Positions 1 through 15,300 are shown, numbered from the stretch's first letter. The stretch is DNA of 64,000 bases from Tubulanus polymorphus (GCF_964204645.1 NC_134025.1:14136001-14200000); one strand, 5' to 3'. The notes: generated by a model not told the origin, from the sequence alone. Numbers and translations are program-made.

Positions 1-570
1 CCCTTCTGATATACTCATTAGTTTCAATATCGAATCTCTGTTTACAAACGTACCGCTCCAAGAAACTATAGACCTGATTTCAGATTATATGTACAAATCA
101 GATTCCAAACCCTCGTATGATAAGGCTATGTTTAAACAACTTCTCAATATCGCAACATCTGGAATGTTTATGTACAACAATTGTCTTTTTAAAAAAATTG
201 ATGGTGTAACCATGGGCAGCCCATTAGGCCCTACTTTAGCTAACTTCTGTCTGGCACATTTTGAGAATTTACTATTGACTGATTGCAAATTCAAACCCAC
301 ATTGTACCTTAGATATGTTGATGACATTTTCTGTATTCACAATTCATTTTTTGATGCATTAAATACTATGCATCCCAATCTGAAATTGACTTTAGAACTT
401 GGCCCGAACATTTTACCCTTTAAGGATACTCTCATTCAAGCACTGCCTGACCCTTGCAGTACTAATTTCATCTCACGCATCTATAGAAAAGCTTCTAATA
501 CTGGATTACTTTTGAACTTTAATGCAATGTGTCCTTACAAATGGTAAACTGGTCTTATCAACACCGGTAT
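1..570 (+). mobile_element. Penelope-like retroelement reverse transcriptase fragment (degenerate)
   Basis: SFNIESLFTNVP, GVTMGSPLGPTLAN, YLRYVDDIF and IYRK motifs; premature stop at 547. Confidence 0.85.
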
Positions 571-1578
571 ATATACATGCACCGTAAAAAAGCCTCAGGC
601 TCAGAGTATGGCTGGCCTAAAAATCACTTCCCAATGTTACTCATGCATTATTTTGTTTATTTCATCAACTCACAGCGGCAAGATTATACAGTCGTATAGA
701 CACGCGCGCAGCCCAATAGGACCTTGTGTCTGCTGTACGTTTGTATGCACGTGGTCAGCCTTCGGCTGCGTGTGTGCTTCAATGATGATAGTATGAACAA
801 CACTCTCATACAGCGTGTTAGCCTCTTACATCAGACAAACTTATCGGCAATTTAATGAAATCCTTATATCAGGATAAAAACTGCCCTCTAGAAAGCGATG
901 ACTGTATATAAGCCACTAAACTTGTTGAACTGATCACTTCAGCACTTTGACTAGTAACAACCAATCAGAGCGTGGGTTTCCCCTAGTTATGTCAAAACTG
1001 CCGACATTCCCAAAGCAGCCACTCATAGCGCGGTTTCCCATAATTATGTAAAAAGCGCTCGTCAATATGTGCCATAGTCTAAGCCATAATCTTTTAAGGA
1101 ATCCTGTCAATTTTTCAATCGATCAAATGATGGAAATATTGGACCGCGCAATAAACTTGATCTAACGGACAAAACTGAACGGTAGAATTTGACTGACCTA
1201 GGAGACAGCACGACGTCATTTAAAGAGGATAACAAAGTGGTGGTTCGCTACGTGAAGCGACCACAAAGACTGAGTGCAAACCACAGCAATTAGCTATTTC
1301 GTGAAATAGGTGCCTGGACCTGGTAACCATGGCAACCATCAAAATGAAAACTCATGAATAAAATTGAATTGCTTGGCACGTCGATCGTCATAATTTCAAT
1401 GAATAAAATAATATTGAATTGTTTTCAGCATGGTCGACAGTATAATCTTTTTGTTCGAAACTCCTTAAACGTTTCTTAGGAAATTTTCAAAATGGACACT
1501 TTCAGTAAAAATTGAAAAAATAGAAATCACTGCCCCTTTTTACATTTCCACTGATCTTCTCAAAAATTCACTGCTATC

Positions 1579-2467
1579 CAGAGATGCTAGGGCCAAAGTA
1601 CCAAAATTCCGGAATTTAGAACGGGGGGGGGGGGTCTGAAAAATTCTCCCCCAGGAAAAATTTTGCGTTTTTGCATCGCCGGAGATGCAGTATCACGATC
1701 GGCATCTTTCATCTGAAAATACGACGGCAGGCATTCGTTGTGCTTCACATCCCTCGCTGCCTTCTTATGCCGCGCGCTATCCGGGTGACGAAGAATATCT
1801 TTTTTCCCGCCACTACCGTATTTGACCTGGTCTTTACAAACGACGCAGTACGCCACGCCAGCTAAGTCTAACTTACGAATGTAGTTCGATAAGTAGTCCC
1901 CGTTACTGTCCTTACACTCTAGCCAGTGCCAGTTAAATTTATTTTTTATACCGCTGTCAATTGCCTTTATATCGGCCGACTCCCGACTGACAATCTTTCC
2001 ATGCGTGCTCATTTTGCAGACCGTCCCGCTTGACAGCTGCAGGCAAAAAGAAAGTTACAAAGCTGCGTGCCTCAGGACATAGCACGCGCATGGTTATAAT
2101 TAAGATGATATTTATTAAATATCATCTTAATTATTACCACGTGCATCTTCACATTGTTGGCCATCAGCGGGACGATGTACAACGGCGCGTAAAGATAATT
2201 GTAAATGGCGTCACAACAGTGGCTCTCCACCTACGCACGCACAGATACCACCACAAGCACACATATATACATTGTAGCAGAACATCCTCGGAAACGGAGA
2301 CCAAGATAAAATAACACAGAAGCGACGACGAGTACAAGCAAACGAACGCTTATACGGTCCGTGCCATAACTGGTCGCCGCGAGGAATTCTCACCAAATTT
2401 CCGGAATTGACATCGGCGATCCTAAATTTCCGGAATTCCGGATATTTCCGGAAAACTAGCATCTCTG
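1579..2467 (-). mobile_element. Non-autonomous hAT-like DNA transposon retaining the transposase N-terminus (BED-like zinc finger, ORF 1587-2012)
   Basis: 12-bp TIR CAGAGATGCTAG/CTAGCATCTCTG, flanks gctatc/gctatt, subterminal TTCCGGAA repeats, W...CVVC...H...H pattern. Confidence 0.75.
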
Positions 2468-3217
2468 GCTATTAGCAGCCGTGGATAAATTTTTTTCAAT
2501 TCGCTGAGACAATGCTTTCACTGCCCACAACGAACCCTGTTTTACATATGAAATCTTAGATGACTTAGACCTGTTAACCTTGCAAAACAAAAGGGGGCAT
2601 CTTTCCCTACGATACAGCCTAGAAGTAACAAAACTCATAACGCGTCCCTGGAATTTGTCAGAAATCGTTGCGTTTTCATTTTTGATAAAACGAAATAGAA
2701 ACGCGAATCAAACTAGTTACTACCGCGGTTCAAATTCAACGCATCTGGCACGCGCACATCGAATGCACATATGTATAATTAGCAGCTCCCTTCTTTTTGA
2801 GTGCAACTTCTTGTATTTGGATGACTACATTGTAAAATACATGCAGTAACATTATAAACGCCTAATAGGAGTGTTCAAAGTTTTGTGGCACCCATATGTG
2901 TGCAGCGAAATGCGCAATTCTGAAATGGATATTAGCAACCAATGCATTCGGAACTAAACAAAATCGAATTACAGAACGCGGTTTGAACGATATAAAACTA
3001 AACGCAAATGAAAATGGAGTTTACTTTCTTCTAGGCTGTACCGTATATGCAACCTATTCCCTAAACACCAACCCCTGCTATTGAAGATTTATGAAATATC
3101 ATGAGCTTCTTACATACTACCACCAGCCTTGATCGACAGACGGCAAGAAAAGAATGGCCAAGATTCCAAATGCCCACATTATATAATATACAGGTTCTGT
3201 TCGTACGAGATTCTTAC

Positions 3218-3322
3218 CTTAATCATTTCAGAAAGGTCGAAGTCTAGATATGAGTCAGATCTAACACAAACACTGTATTGAAAAATTCCTACTTTCTGGG
3301 GAGCTGAAAACTTGAGCTGAAC
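3218..3322 (-). CDS. SEC63: SEC63 exon 18 (105 nt)
   Basis: VQLKFSAPQKVGIFQYSVCVRSDSYLDFDLSEMIK with AG/GT ends. Confidence 0.94.
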
Positions 3323-6300
3323 CTGGAAGAAACCAGAAATACATATGTGTACAAGATCATAGAGCCAGATGTCTTTTACTCGTGTCTCAGAATGTCCGAC
3401 TCATAACATGCAGGTGCTTTGTTTGGACGGGTTGATGAAAAGCCTGCGACCTTATTCACTAAAGATTCACGATGCAATCAAGTGAAAATTATGTCCAAAC
3501 TTGAAATTTAGTGGTCCAGGGACACCATGCCCACTAGGGAAATGGTTTGAAATGTTCACAAATGTAAAGATTTCAAGATTTAACTTGGCCTGATGAACAT
3601 TTACAGTAACCAATGACCTTAAAACTAACCACAATCATAGAACATTTCATGAGCTACAATTGTGCCCTCAATTGTGGTAACAAATATGCCTACGTACCAA
3701 TGTAATAAAGAAACAAGAACAAAATTCTTAATACAAACTTTCCTAAATTTACATGATGGTGTATGTTTAATCCAGTATCAAAATTAAACGTCAGTTAATA
3801 TACCCTAAAGTTGAAGCATTAATAATTCATAAAGACGAGAGAAATCCCACAATAACGAAGCCAAGATTGAAAAATTCTATATCAGAATGATTGTATTTGA
3901 GGAGCGAAGTTTCGGCTATCAACTGTTAGCCATCATCAGGCGTACTGAGAACAAAATCAAATAACAGGATAAAGAATATGACAAATGATTAAGATTAAAG
4001 GATTAAGATTTAAGTAATTAAATAACAAAAACCTGAACACTAAGGAAGAAAACAAAAAAGGCAAACGACAAACTAAGGGGATGTTGTGCGAGATTAAAGT
4101 TATCTAAAAACAAAGCCCAGAGGGTTCTAAGGCAGACAAACTAAGGGGTTATCAGACAAAAACAAAAGGCAAGAACATCAAAGGGATAATCAAGGAATGA
4201 GTGAGGGAGTGAGTGACTGGAAGTGACAAACGGAGGAAAACAAGCTAACATGAATTGTGACTAGTTTCATAAACGTGATTAGCTACTCCTCTCTCGGGAT
4301 TGAAATTTTTGACGTCATTTTTATGTTCTCTGAGGCGCTTGTTCAAATCACGCACAGTTTCACCAATATATATTTTATTACATACTTTACAAGGTATTTT
4401 GTACACACCAATGTTCAAAGGTACCGTTTTGCAGGAATTGTGAGATAAGTTATGACTAAGTTTATTATTGTTAGTGAAAATGAGCTGTTTGTTAAGGAGA
4501 TGAAGGGGTTTTTTTTTATTTTTCCAAAACGGAACAAAAGGTACGACAATGGGCTGTTTTTGAGGGCGCGAAACTCGAGAATTACAAAAATGGGTGCGAC
4601 GGGCTCGAAAAAGAGATTTATTCAAAAGGTCATTAGGATAAGCTAACTGATAAAGGGAATTCCTGATCTGGGTGAGTTCATCATCGAGAAAAAGGGGTCG
4701 CATATGGATGGATGAAAACGGTTGTATAAAGTGGTTAGAAGTGTGGGCTTTACGACCTGGTGGACTGCTTAAAGAAAAAAGTCTGCTCATTTGGGATCAC
4801 TATAAAAGCCATTTGTGTGATAAAGTAGTTATACAAAATACCGATGTAGCCGTTATCCCCCCGTGGACTCACTAGTGTTCTACAACCCCTAGATGTTTGT
4901 TTGAACAAGCCGTTCAAAGATGCAATCCGAAAGCAGTGGAATAAATGGATGGAGGGTGAAAAGTCACACACCAAAGGAGGCAATATGCTCCTAAACGGTC
5001 ATATGTAAATGGTTTGTTGATGCCTGGAATGAACTAGACATCAAACCGTACAAAATTCGTTCGAAAAATGAGGCATATCCACTGCATTAGACGGCTCAGA
5101 GGATGACTTTCTCTGGAAAGATTAGGATCAATGGGAACCAGATGAACTAGTCGATAATGCGATAATATGATCCATATGATGATCGAATTTGCGTGAAGGA
5201 TTGGAATTTATTGTTCGGACAATCAGATGATGATGATAGTGAATTTGAAGGATTTTAGTTCACTGCGGATAGAATATGTACCAGGTATTATTAGACAGAA
5301 CTGTTTATTGTGCTCGTTAAGTGCTATAGTTATTCAATGTGCGCTTAGTGTGTTTAGATAAGGAGAACAATATACAGGCAATTACTGGCATTGTGCGACT
5401 ATGAATGCGCTCAATCTGTGAACTAATCTGTATTGATTGATTGTTTAGTGTTTGTCATAATAACAGCCAATTATTAATTTGATATCATGTATCAAAATAA
5501 TGAAGTAAAAAAAAAAAAAAAAATGTACGAAATTTGATTGAAAAAGTTTTATTTTTATTTTCATGAAGTTAACATCTGGTCTGCAACTCACTTGAATGCT
5601 GGTAGATGGCAGAAGCTATCGGTAGTCAATACTTCTAGCATTCTTTGGGTCTTCATTTTCATTTACATAGACCTACCCTCAGACCCCGTAATTAAGTCCT
5701 TACTTAATGTAATACATATATTGGATTGAATTGTTCGACAGCAGTGGAAAATTTTTATGACTCGAAAAGAATAATAAGTGGAAAAGTCGACCACGAAAAA
5801 TCGACCGATTTTTTAAGTCTAGAAATTCGACTATTACGCAAGAATATACGGTAGTCAATATGGTTAATTGCATTGTTCTCAAGGAGCAACTAAATAAAAG
5901 TATATATTTGTACTAAAAAGTGTGACAGAGATGTTCTTGGATTCAGCCTTTCAGTTTTTGGGCTGCAGATGTGTCTAGAGTAAATACATATACAAACCAA
6001 ATATCAAGACAATCCATTGAAGTGTCTTCAAGACTCTCAAAATAACTGGATTCCATCTACGACAGCCGCAAGAATGGACAAATAATGAAAAGTGAATGCA
6101 ATAGCCCGCAGGGACTAAAATCTCAAGTCGAAGAAGGAATTTCATTTTTTTCAGAGGCACCCCTAAATTTTAATTTTTTAACATAGCATTGCACCTATGC
6201 TTTATCTGTGAATTGAAAATCCCGACACCGTTCCCGCGTATTTTCTGGTCAGAAGTATTTGTGAATATATGCTCACACACGTATCACTCGGACTACTGTC

Positions 6301-9300
6301 GCGTGCTTTGACTCTACCCACTATTGCTAGCTATGAGAAAAACGCAATTGACATGCATGGCCTAGTTAAAGTTTTCCAAGAAATTGGCAAAGTTCCAATC
6401 AGCTGTAGCGAAGCTGGAAGTGCTGCGTATAATGGCTGTTGCTACAGAATTCCGTTCGTAGCGGGCCTTGCATTCATTGAATTATTAAACAGGAAATTCA
6501 AGGCCTTGAATTCAGCAATGGTCTTCAAATCGATTTAGGGCCTTCCATTTAAAAACTAGGGGTCCAGGGACACCATGCCCACTTGGGAAATGGTTTCAAA
6601 TGCTCAACAATTTAACAATTTCAATATTGAACAACCCTGGTGATCATGTGCAAGAACCAATGACCTTGAAACTCACCACTATCATAGATCATGTCAGCAG
6701 CTATGATTTTGTAATTGATTGTGATAACAAAATATGCCTATAGGTACCAATATAATATGGAAATACTAAGTTATTCTATTATTGAACGCCCCCAGGTGAC
6801 CATATGCAAAGCCCAATGACCTTGAAACTAACCACCATCATAGAACATGTCATGAGCAACAAATAGCAATTGATCATGATAGCAAAAAAGGTACCAATAT
6901 AATAAAGCAAACACTAACTTATTCAACTATTCAACACCCTCCGTTTAATTTTTGAAATTAGAAGCATTTTCCAAGCACTCAGAGCTATCTTGAACCCATG
7001 AACGACCACCATGTTTTGAAAGGTAATGGCTATTTCCAATGTGGCAGATCCACATTCGATGAGATCTAAAGCAGTAGGCCAACAGGTCGAGCCCCTGATT
7101 TTAGATTTTTAGTTTTCACAACCAAAATCAAAACAGAAAGGTGAGATCCTTGTGTGATCCATTTTTCGGTTATAAAATGACAGATGTCTCTGACAATCAC
7201 AGAACGTACAGTTATGTGTTTGAACCCCAAACATTCCATCTATCGTTCGGATTCCTATCATAAATTAATATAAAATCTAATGCAAGTTCAATTGAGATAA
7301 AGACTTTATTGTGAATAAAACATCTGGTACAAAAATTATTCATGAACTGTATAATATGAGACGGTATGGTCGACACAGAGCTCTGATGTCAAGAAACCAA
7401 ATATTCAATTTAGATGCCCAGTTTTGTGTAGCTTTAGAGTACGGATATTTGTTCCGTGAGCTTTCTTTTTGCTAACTCTTTTCACGGCACGGACTGCATA
7501 CTTATCCTATATTTCTTTCCTCACTTAGACAGTTGCAGCAAGCTTGTTTTTATGTTTCGTTGATGCTCCCAGAAATTTTTTACATAGCAGTTTGTTGACT
7601 GGGCTGAAGCGAACATCCCTACGCCCAAAATAGTGTAAGGCAGTTTGACCTCTGGCTTGGAGAGCATATTATATGGACTTGTAGGCCGAATATGTTTTAA
7701 TGTTTATAGCCTGTTTGTCTTCTTTTTCAATAAGTGATTCATGATGGAAAACGATGCCTCTACCTGGGGACCATGAAATATACTAAGGGACGCCCGAACC
7801 ACAGCACACACGGCGGGATATTTTCCAGTCTTCATTACCAAGTGCCACCATCGGTCGATTTTACCATCGTAGATAGGGAAGTCATGGTTGACTGAGAGCC
7901 TCATCAGTTGGCTGTAAAAATCCCCATCATCTTCACTAATAAATCGACCAAGATTGTGATCATCCTTTAAGATTTTCAACCCTTTTGAAGCGACCGAATG
8001 AGATAAAATCAAAGGATCTACACACGACAGAGCTTTTAAGACGTTACTATTGATAGGTAGTTTCATCTGCATATAGTCTACACATTGAACGTAGGCAGTT
8101 TCGACTTTATCAAAAAATAATTTTGACTTGTTTGGGCATCTACTTGTTTCCAAGGAATATATCAGCTGGTTTGTACTGCAGGGTTACATCTGTGAGATCA
8201 AGTGCCAGGAGCTTTTTAGCTGATTTATTGACAATATTTTCTGGCTTGATGAATGAGCCAATAAACTCCCGAAAAACCTTAAATTGTTCTTCATGTATTT
8301 TGTGTAGAGAGTCTCCTGTCCTTGGAACACGCAAACATAAGATTTCAAAAATAGGGAAAGCTGCCAAGTAAAAATTCATGATGCGAATGGTTCGACTCTC
8401 CTGGTAGAGCACTCTTTCCAGTATCTCAACTTACCTTTGCTTTCCAGCATCTGTCATTGACGTGCGCTTTTTTCTCAATCGATCATGTATTTCCTTGATT
8501 CTACCTTTAGCCTCCTGACTCAGATTAGATAGGAATCACCAATTACAGGCTTGTATGCCCCAACCATTTCAGTCGGCAAAAAAGCCAAGTAAAACACTTT
8601 CAAGAGGGAAACATAGGTAGACAAGTAAGGGATACATCGTACACCGAGAGCCATCTGTATGGAACTTAATTCTGAGGGGCAACGTATTGAATTTCTAGCA
8701 AATCACATATCTCGGCTAAGTCCTACTTTAAATCAGGTGACCATTTAAAATCATTGAACAATGTTGTATAAAATTTTTCGTCCCAATTTTCAAAAACATC
8801 TGAAAGTTTCTTCGCACAATTATGAATGTGGTGACATGAATCCCCATCAATGTCCAATAAATCTTTTGCTTTTTCACGAATCTTAGCTTCTACCCCATTT
8901 CGCTTCCCTCTCACGACGTTACACGAATCAGCCAAAATGGAAACTAGATTTTTAAGATGAACATCGTGGCCATTCAACAATTTCACCAAGGCTTGATATA
9001 TCGATTCGGCATCAACTGTTGTCATTTCGATGTCTGCAAAATGCTGCACGACTGAGGCCCTTCTGTGACGTCAAAATAACTCACCAAAACTCCTAATAAA
9101 GAATTCCAATTCACACGACATAGGCATATACTCTCCACCTCTTGTCAAGCATATAGTGATCCAAACCATTTTTATTGTTTCTAAAAAAAACCCCACCTAA
9201 CACTTTTTTGTGCACTAAAGATGTGCATTCGTCAATATTCAGTGAAAATGGGCCATGTCATAGATGGTTAGCTGTTTTATCAGTGTAGTATTGCCCCATC

Positions 9301-12300
9301 CCATGCATTAGTTTGTATGATGCGGTTTGTAAGACTAACTTCATTGACAGCAGATTTGTCAGCATTTTTGACCAGGTTCATGAGCTTAGGCACGACGCAC
9401 AGAGGCAAATTATTTTTCGGCGATAAAGACTTAAAGCAAAGCCTGTAAGATTAGAAGTAAGATAAGAATGGACCAGTCATGGCAAAAGTAGGGCTACGTG
9501 GTCATTTACTGCTTTGATGTGAACTACCGGGGTAAGGCTCAACAAAAATAATACCCTGTTTCTCTGCAGCGGTCGGGTCGTTATTGTAAAATATAATACA
9601 ATTTTGTAATCAGTTCTCTTGTGGCCATCTTGAATTGTAGTAAACACATATATCTGCGTCGTAAAAATACAACACTTAAGGTAACGAAGAGGTTAAGATT
9701 TGACTTTTTAAAAACCAGCACAGATGCCTATTCAAATTACAGGTAATTTAAAAATTAGGTTTTTCTTAAGTTGTTGTCCCTGTTTGCACCAGGACACATG
9801 GTTTATATTAAAGCTTACATCTAACGTCATCAACAGCTGGTAAGACCGTACCCACATCCGTCAATCATTTTTTTCTATTAATTAGGAAAATATTTACAAA
9901 AAGCAAAATTTCACAGTCTGCGTTAATAAGATTAAAGTATTCATTCATTTGACAAATCTTCATCTTAACTCCCAACTACAAGTTATTAGAGGGGTCATTG
10001 ACTCACTACCATCTTTCTACCACATGAAGGTAAAAAATGCATCGAAGGGCATCAGTGTAACATCAATGCAACAAAGTGATTTTCATTGCAATACAAATCA
10101 TCCATGTAGATTTGACTATGGTTAGTGAATAGGTTCCCAGGTATTCACATTAGTGTCTATACTATTGTCCACTATAAGATCCATTGCTATTTAATAAAAA
10201 TGAGAATCCTAAAACTCCACTAGTCTAAAGGTTGAGTTTGTAAATGCAATTATAATAGCTTGATAAGAGAATTAGTTTTATTCACCTCTTCTCTGTCCTT
10301 AAGGCTGCACACTTGCACAGGAGCTGTTATCAATTGATGATTCTTTCTATCTGCTACGTAGATCCACCACCATTCATACTTTTCCTTCAGTAAAACAATG
10401 AATAAAATGTTAGACAGAAAACTACATATATAACACCATATATATGCATATTGGACTTAATCACCGTGAAAATGGGCATTAATAATGACTTACTGCTGGG
10501 AAGTAAGGACAATGAACGAGATGGGATTCTTTTGATTTTGTTTCAAGAATGGTCTCTTTTTTCATTTCTTCTTGGAATTTTGACCAGTCCTCTTCTTCGT
10601 CTGGATTTTTTGTTGCACAACTCTCGTTCTCAGAATCTTCATTTTCACTATCTGTGCCATCAGTGATGTCACTGCCCTCATCTTCTAAATCACTGTCTTT
10701 AGCCTTTTTAGTCTTGCAGATTCGTTCATTTTTCTATAATTGAGATAACAAGAAAGAAATTTCTCATTAAGACTGCACAAGTCATTCATTGTTTGGCCTG
10801 ATCTCATTGATTCAAAGCATAAAAAATCTCATAGTACTAATTACCTTTGTAGCTAGTAGTATATCTTAATGGGATACCGGCCATGCAACGGTGGCATATG
10901 GCTATTTTGTAAGAGCGCCCCTAGGGGTTAACATGATCTGGATATATTGATCCATACGCCTGTATGTACTAAGTAGTGATGTACTGAGTTGAGTCGAAAT
11001 TACGGATGGCATATTGCACATCATATGTTCATACATTGTATATACATTTTAAAGTTTTGTGATTTATATAATACATAAATAACTCCGCATAACTCATCAC
11101 TATCACTATCGCGACTGGTGATTTTTATACGGATTCAGTGAAATACAAGAAAGGTGTCATTCAATTTCCAATTTCTCCAAAGTGATTATACAACCAATAC
11201 CTAGTGTTTAACACCTTCACTGCCGCTGACAAGATAATTCGTCATGGTGGGTGCACTGCAGTTTGCCATGATGAGTTATATCGTCATCGTTATGCGTCAT
11301 GCGTTATGAATGGACCTGGCAGAGGCGAGAAACCAGATAACAATTGTCTGGCAGTATGGAGAGACTAGGATATTATTCATGGGGGTAACTAAAGTCTGGT
11401 GTACACTTGAATTTTTTTCAAAAAAATCTTCAGAAAGCAATGCATTTTAGCTTCTTTTCGGGCCAATATTTAGAGAGAATATAACGACTTAAATCATTCT
11501 ATATCATTTTTACAATAAAACTTTTATTCTTTTAGACTTTTATTTGATTTTTCACACCTTTCACCGCCAATGGGGACAAGAAATAAATTGCCCATGGGCA
11601 AAGTGTGGTTTACCTTGAAAGCTAGAGGTTGTTTGGGGTAAGGGCATTGCTTGAAAAATCTTTTTAATTCGAGATTTCAAAGTTCTACAAGTTTAAATAT
11701 TCTATTTTATCTTTCTTAAAGGATTATTTGTAGTCAAAAGACCAAAGATATACATTTTATATTTTCAAAGAAATATTTTTCATAATATGAAAAAATATTC
11801 AAATAAAATTCATATGATGTCACATATCAGAGGTTGGCTGAATGTATGGCCGCAGAAGCTAAAATACCGGTGCAGTAAGAAACCGGCGTATTATGATTTC
11901 CGCGGGCACGTGGAGGCCTTCGTTTAAGCCGAGAACCAATTAAACAAATGCTCACATAAAAAAATGTACCGCAATTTTACATGAATTGGCTCAATCCCAA
12001 CTTCATATCGCTGACAAAGGTAAACCAAAAATTCAGAATCTCTTCACCAGTGCCAGTGACGTGTTATCTCGTCATTGGTTTTTACACTAAAATAGATCAG
12101 TGTATTTATTTATCAATGTTCAAATAGTGCTGGCAGCATATAAATTGTATAATGTCAAAAATTAGCGTTGGCAATGGCGACCGGACATTAAACCGCTAGG
12201 TGACAGCGAACGTGTTAAGTTAATATAAAGTATGGATATGATTTTTAAAATGCTCAGTTATTGATTACAGATGGCGTTGTACATCTACTGTATTGAATAT

Positions 12301-15300
12301 TGATGAGATGAAACCACAAATCTTCAAAAACATGGAGCAGAGAATGACTCGTTTTGTTTGACTGCTGTGGTTTCGGGGACGTACAATAAAGATTGGATAA
12401 TAAGTAGCGATTGCAAAAATTTACAAGCGCCAACTGTACAGCACCCTTAGAGGTCAAACTTGGAAAACCGTGCTATAACTCTTAAGCCTATAGCCATAGT
12501 ATCTGGACTACATAGCAAGTTTAGTCACGATCGGATAATGATTGTAGGACTAGTAACAATTCAAAAATTTTTACGAGCGCCACCTGTACAGCACCCCTAC
12601 AGATCAAATTGGGAAAACAGCTTATAACTTTTTAGTACTATCCACATACCAAATTACATCTAATGACCAAATTGAACAGACTAAATGTGGCTGCAAGTAC
12701 TTCGAATGAATATAATGCGCGACGCAGACTTTGACCATTTCCTAATTAGTGCAATTGGCCTAAGCCTCCTCTGTCTGGCTTTCTAAACCAGAGTTTTCAA
12801 TTGAGTTTTTTTCTTCATTAATGAGTGATATTTTTTAATAATGCTTGATGACTAGTTGCTACGGAGCCCCAGATGATAAGATCTCTTTTTCCTTTAAAAA
12901 TCGTTTGGTTCGAACAAATTTTTTTGTTAGAAAAAAAGTTTTTCGTTCAAACTGAAAACATTTTGTTCGATCAAACAAAATTGATTTTGTTCGATCAAAC
13001 AAAATTGATTTTGATCGATCAAACAAAATTGATTTTGTTCGAACAAAACTTGGCTTAAAAAATTCGAAAATTTTTTCGTTTGAAACAAAAAGTATGTCGA
13101 TCAATCGAACAGAATTGTTTTCATTTGAACTATTGTTCGAACAAAATTGTTTTCACTGAAATTTTTTGTCAGAACGAAAAGTTTTCTTGTTCGCATAAAA
13201 AGTATATTGTTCAATTGAACATTTTTATTCGAACAAAATTTTCTTAAAACAAAAAGAAAAAAACAATTTTGTTTTCGCTCAACAATTAAGTTCTTCATTC
13301 AAACGAGTATATTGTTTGATCGAAGCATCTTCATTCCTAAAAAAAGATTTTCGTGGAACTAAATAGTCATTTCGTTATAATGAGTAACTTTCACTCGAAC
13401 AAAATAATCTTCACAATCGAATTCAGAGGAATAATATGAACCAGGGTTTTCTTAGTATCAAATATTCATATTATGCCTCTTTCAGATTGATTTCATTCAT
13501 ACAAAACTTTTTGAAAAAATCGTTCTAATTAAATTGTTTTTTGCTTAATAATTTTTTTTGTTGGCACAGAAGAGTTTTTCCTTCAATCTATAACATAGCT
13601 TTAGTTCAAAGAATTTTTTTGTAAGAACGAAAAGTTTTCTGTTCAAACAAAAAGTATATTGTTTGATCAAAAAGAATTGTTTTCATTGGAACAAAATTTT
13701 CTGTCGGAACATTCAGGTTTTTTGTTCGAACAAGTATATTATACGATTGCAGCCTTTTTCATTCCAAAGAAAAATTTTGGTAGAACCAAATAGTCATTTA
13801 GTTATAATGAGTATATTTCATTCGAAAAAAATAATCTCACTTGAACGAGTGAGTTATCATATGAACTTGGGTTTTCATTGTATCCAATATCCACATTATG
13901 CCTTTTCAGGTTGAAGCTCATCTTCCATGTTTCCACCATGTACGCGACACAACTTGTTAAGGTCGTTTTGGAAATTTACTCAGTCCTGTACATTTCGGAT
14001 TACTCTGTAAATCATTTATCAGGACAGTGAGAGGAGACTGAGGATACTAGCTTGCGTGACTCCACTAGTTACATCTGTTCTTATTTCCAAGATGAGACAG
14101 TTCCGTTGATTTTGGCTACCTGGTTTCGATCAGAGAAAACTGCTGAGTCCATTTAAGCGACCCATCATAGATACCATTTCCTAATACCTAGTTTAGTAAT
14201 CCCTGATGTAGTACCAACTTAGGCTACTAGCCTCGACAGAAAGTATATTATTCGATAGAACAGAATCCTTTCATTTGAACAAAATTTTCTTGTCGTAACA
14301 AGAAGTTTTTTTTGTTCAAACAAGTATATTCGATCAAAGTGTTTTTAATCCCAAAGAAATATATGTTTGTGGAACTGAATAGTTTTTTCATTATAAAGAG
14401 TAATCTTCGTTCGAACAAACAGAATTTTTTTTATTCAAACATTCGTTCAAACAAAATTGTTTTTGCTAACCAAAATGTTTTTTGTTCGAACAGAAAGTAA
14501 ATTGTTCGATCGCTGACCAATTTTTTTTGTAGGGACAAGTTTTTTCGTTTGAACGATTACATAGCTTTTTATTCGAACAAATTTCTTTGACGGAATGAAT
14601 AGTATATCGTTTGAACAAAAAGTAAATTGTTCGATCGAACAAAATTGTTTTCATTCGAACAAAGATTTTCTTGTAACAATAATTTTTCTCTTCAAACAAG
14701 TAAATTTGATCAGTGTTATTCATTACAAAGAGAAAAATTTTCATGGAACTAAATAGTCTTATCGTTATACATAGTAATCTCCTTGTGAACATATTGTTCG
14801 ATCGAAACAGAATTGTTTTCAATGAACGTTCGTAAGAACAAAATTGTTTTCAAACTTAAAAACAATAGTGTTCGAACAAAGTTTTCAAAAAAGAGTTTTG
14901 TTCAATCGAAATCCATTCTGTTCGCTTCAACAAAATGTTTTTGGTTCATACAAAAAACTTCACTCAACAAATTTTTCTGTCCGAACAAAAAGTTTTTCTT
15001 TCGAAAAATAACAGCTTTTTGGTCGAACAAATTTTTTTTGTAAGAATGATGAGGTTTTCCATTCGATCAAAAACTTGTGTCCGCGACCCTAACCCGGCTA
15101 TTAATGAAAACACTGTGGGAGATTATTTCTTTCAGGTATATTCTACTTACAGGTGTATTTTCACGACTATCTTTCTCAGGCTCTTCAGATGCCATTGGTC
15201 CCACTGTCACTGGTGTGGATTTTCGCTGAACAGCCTTCACAGCTGCTGGCTTTTTCTTCTTTTTATTAGCACCTTTACTTGCCTTCTTGTTTTTGTTTTT

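Noticed and set aside
550-3217. Terminal SEC63 exon
   Set aside because: No minus-strand segment encoding the expected HPQW plus acidic tail was found; it is presumably left of the window.
4245-4790. ORF as a single 181-aa gene
   Set aside because: It is a chimera: the first ~30 codons are antisense pogo sequence fused to the Penelope endonuclease fragment.
10855-10940. AGTAGTATATC as a Polinton terminus
   Set aside because: No matching inverted end or Polinton ORFs nearby; a short match is expected by chance.
12859-15043. Several F/K/R-rich ORFs
   Set aside because: Artefacts of the low-complexity TTCGAAC array.
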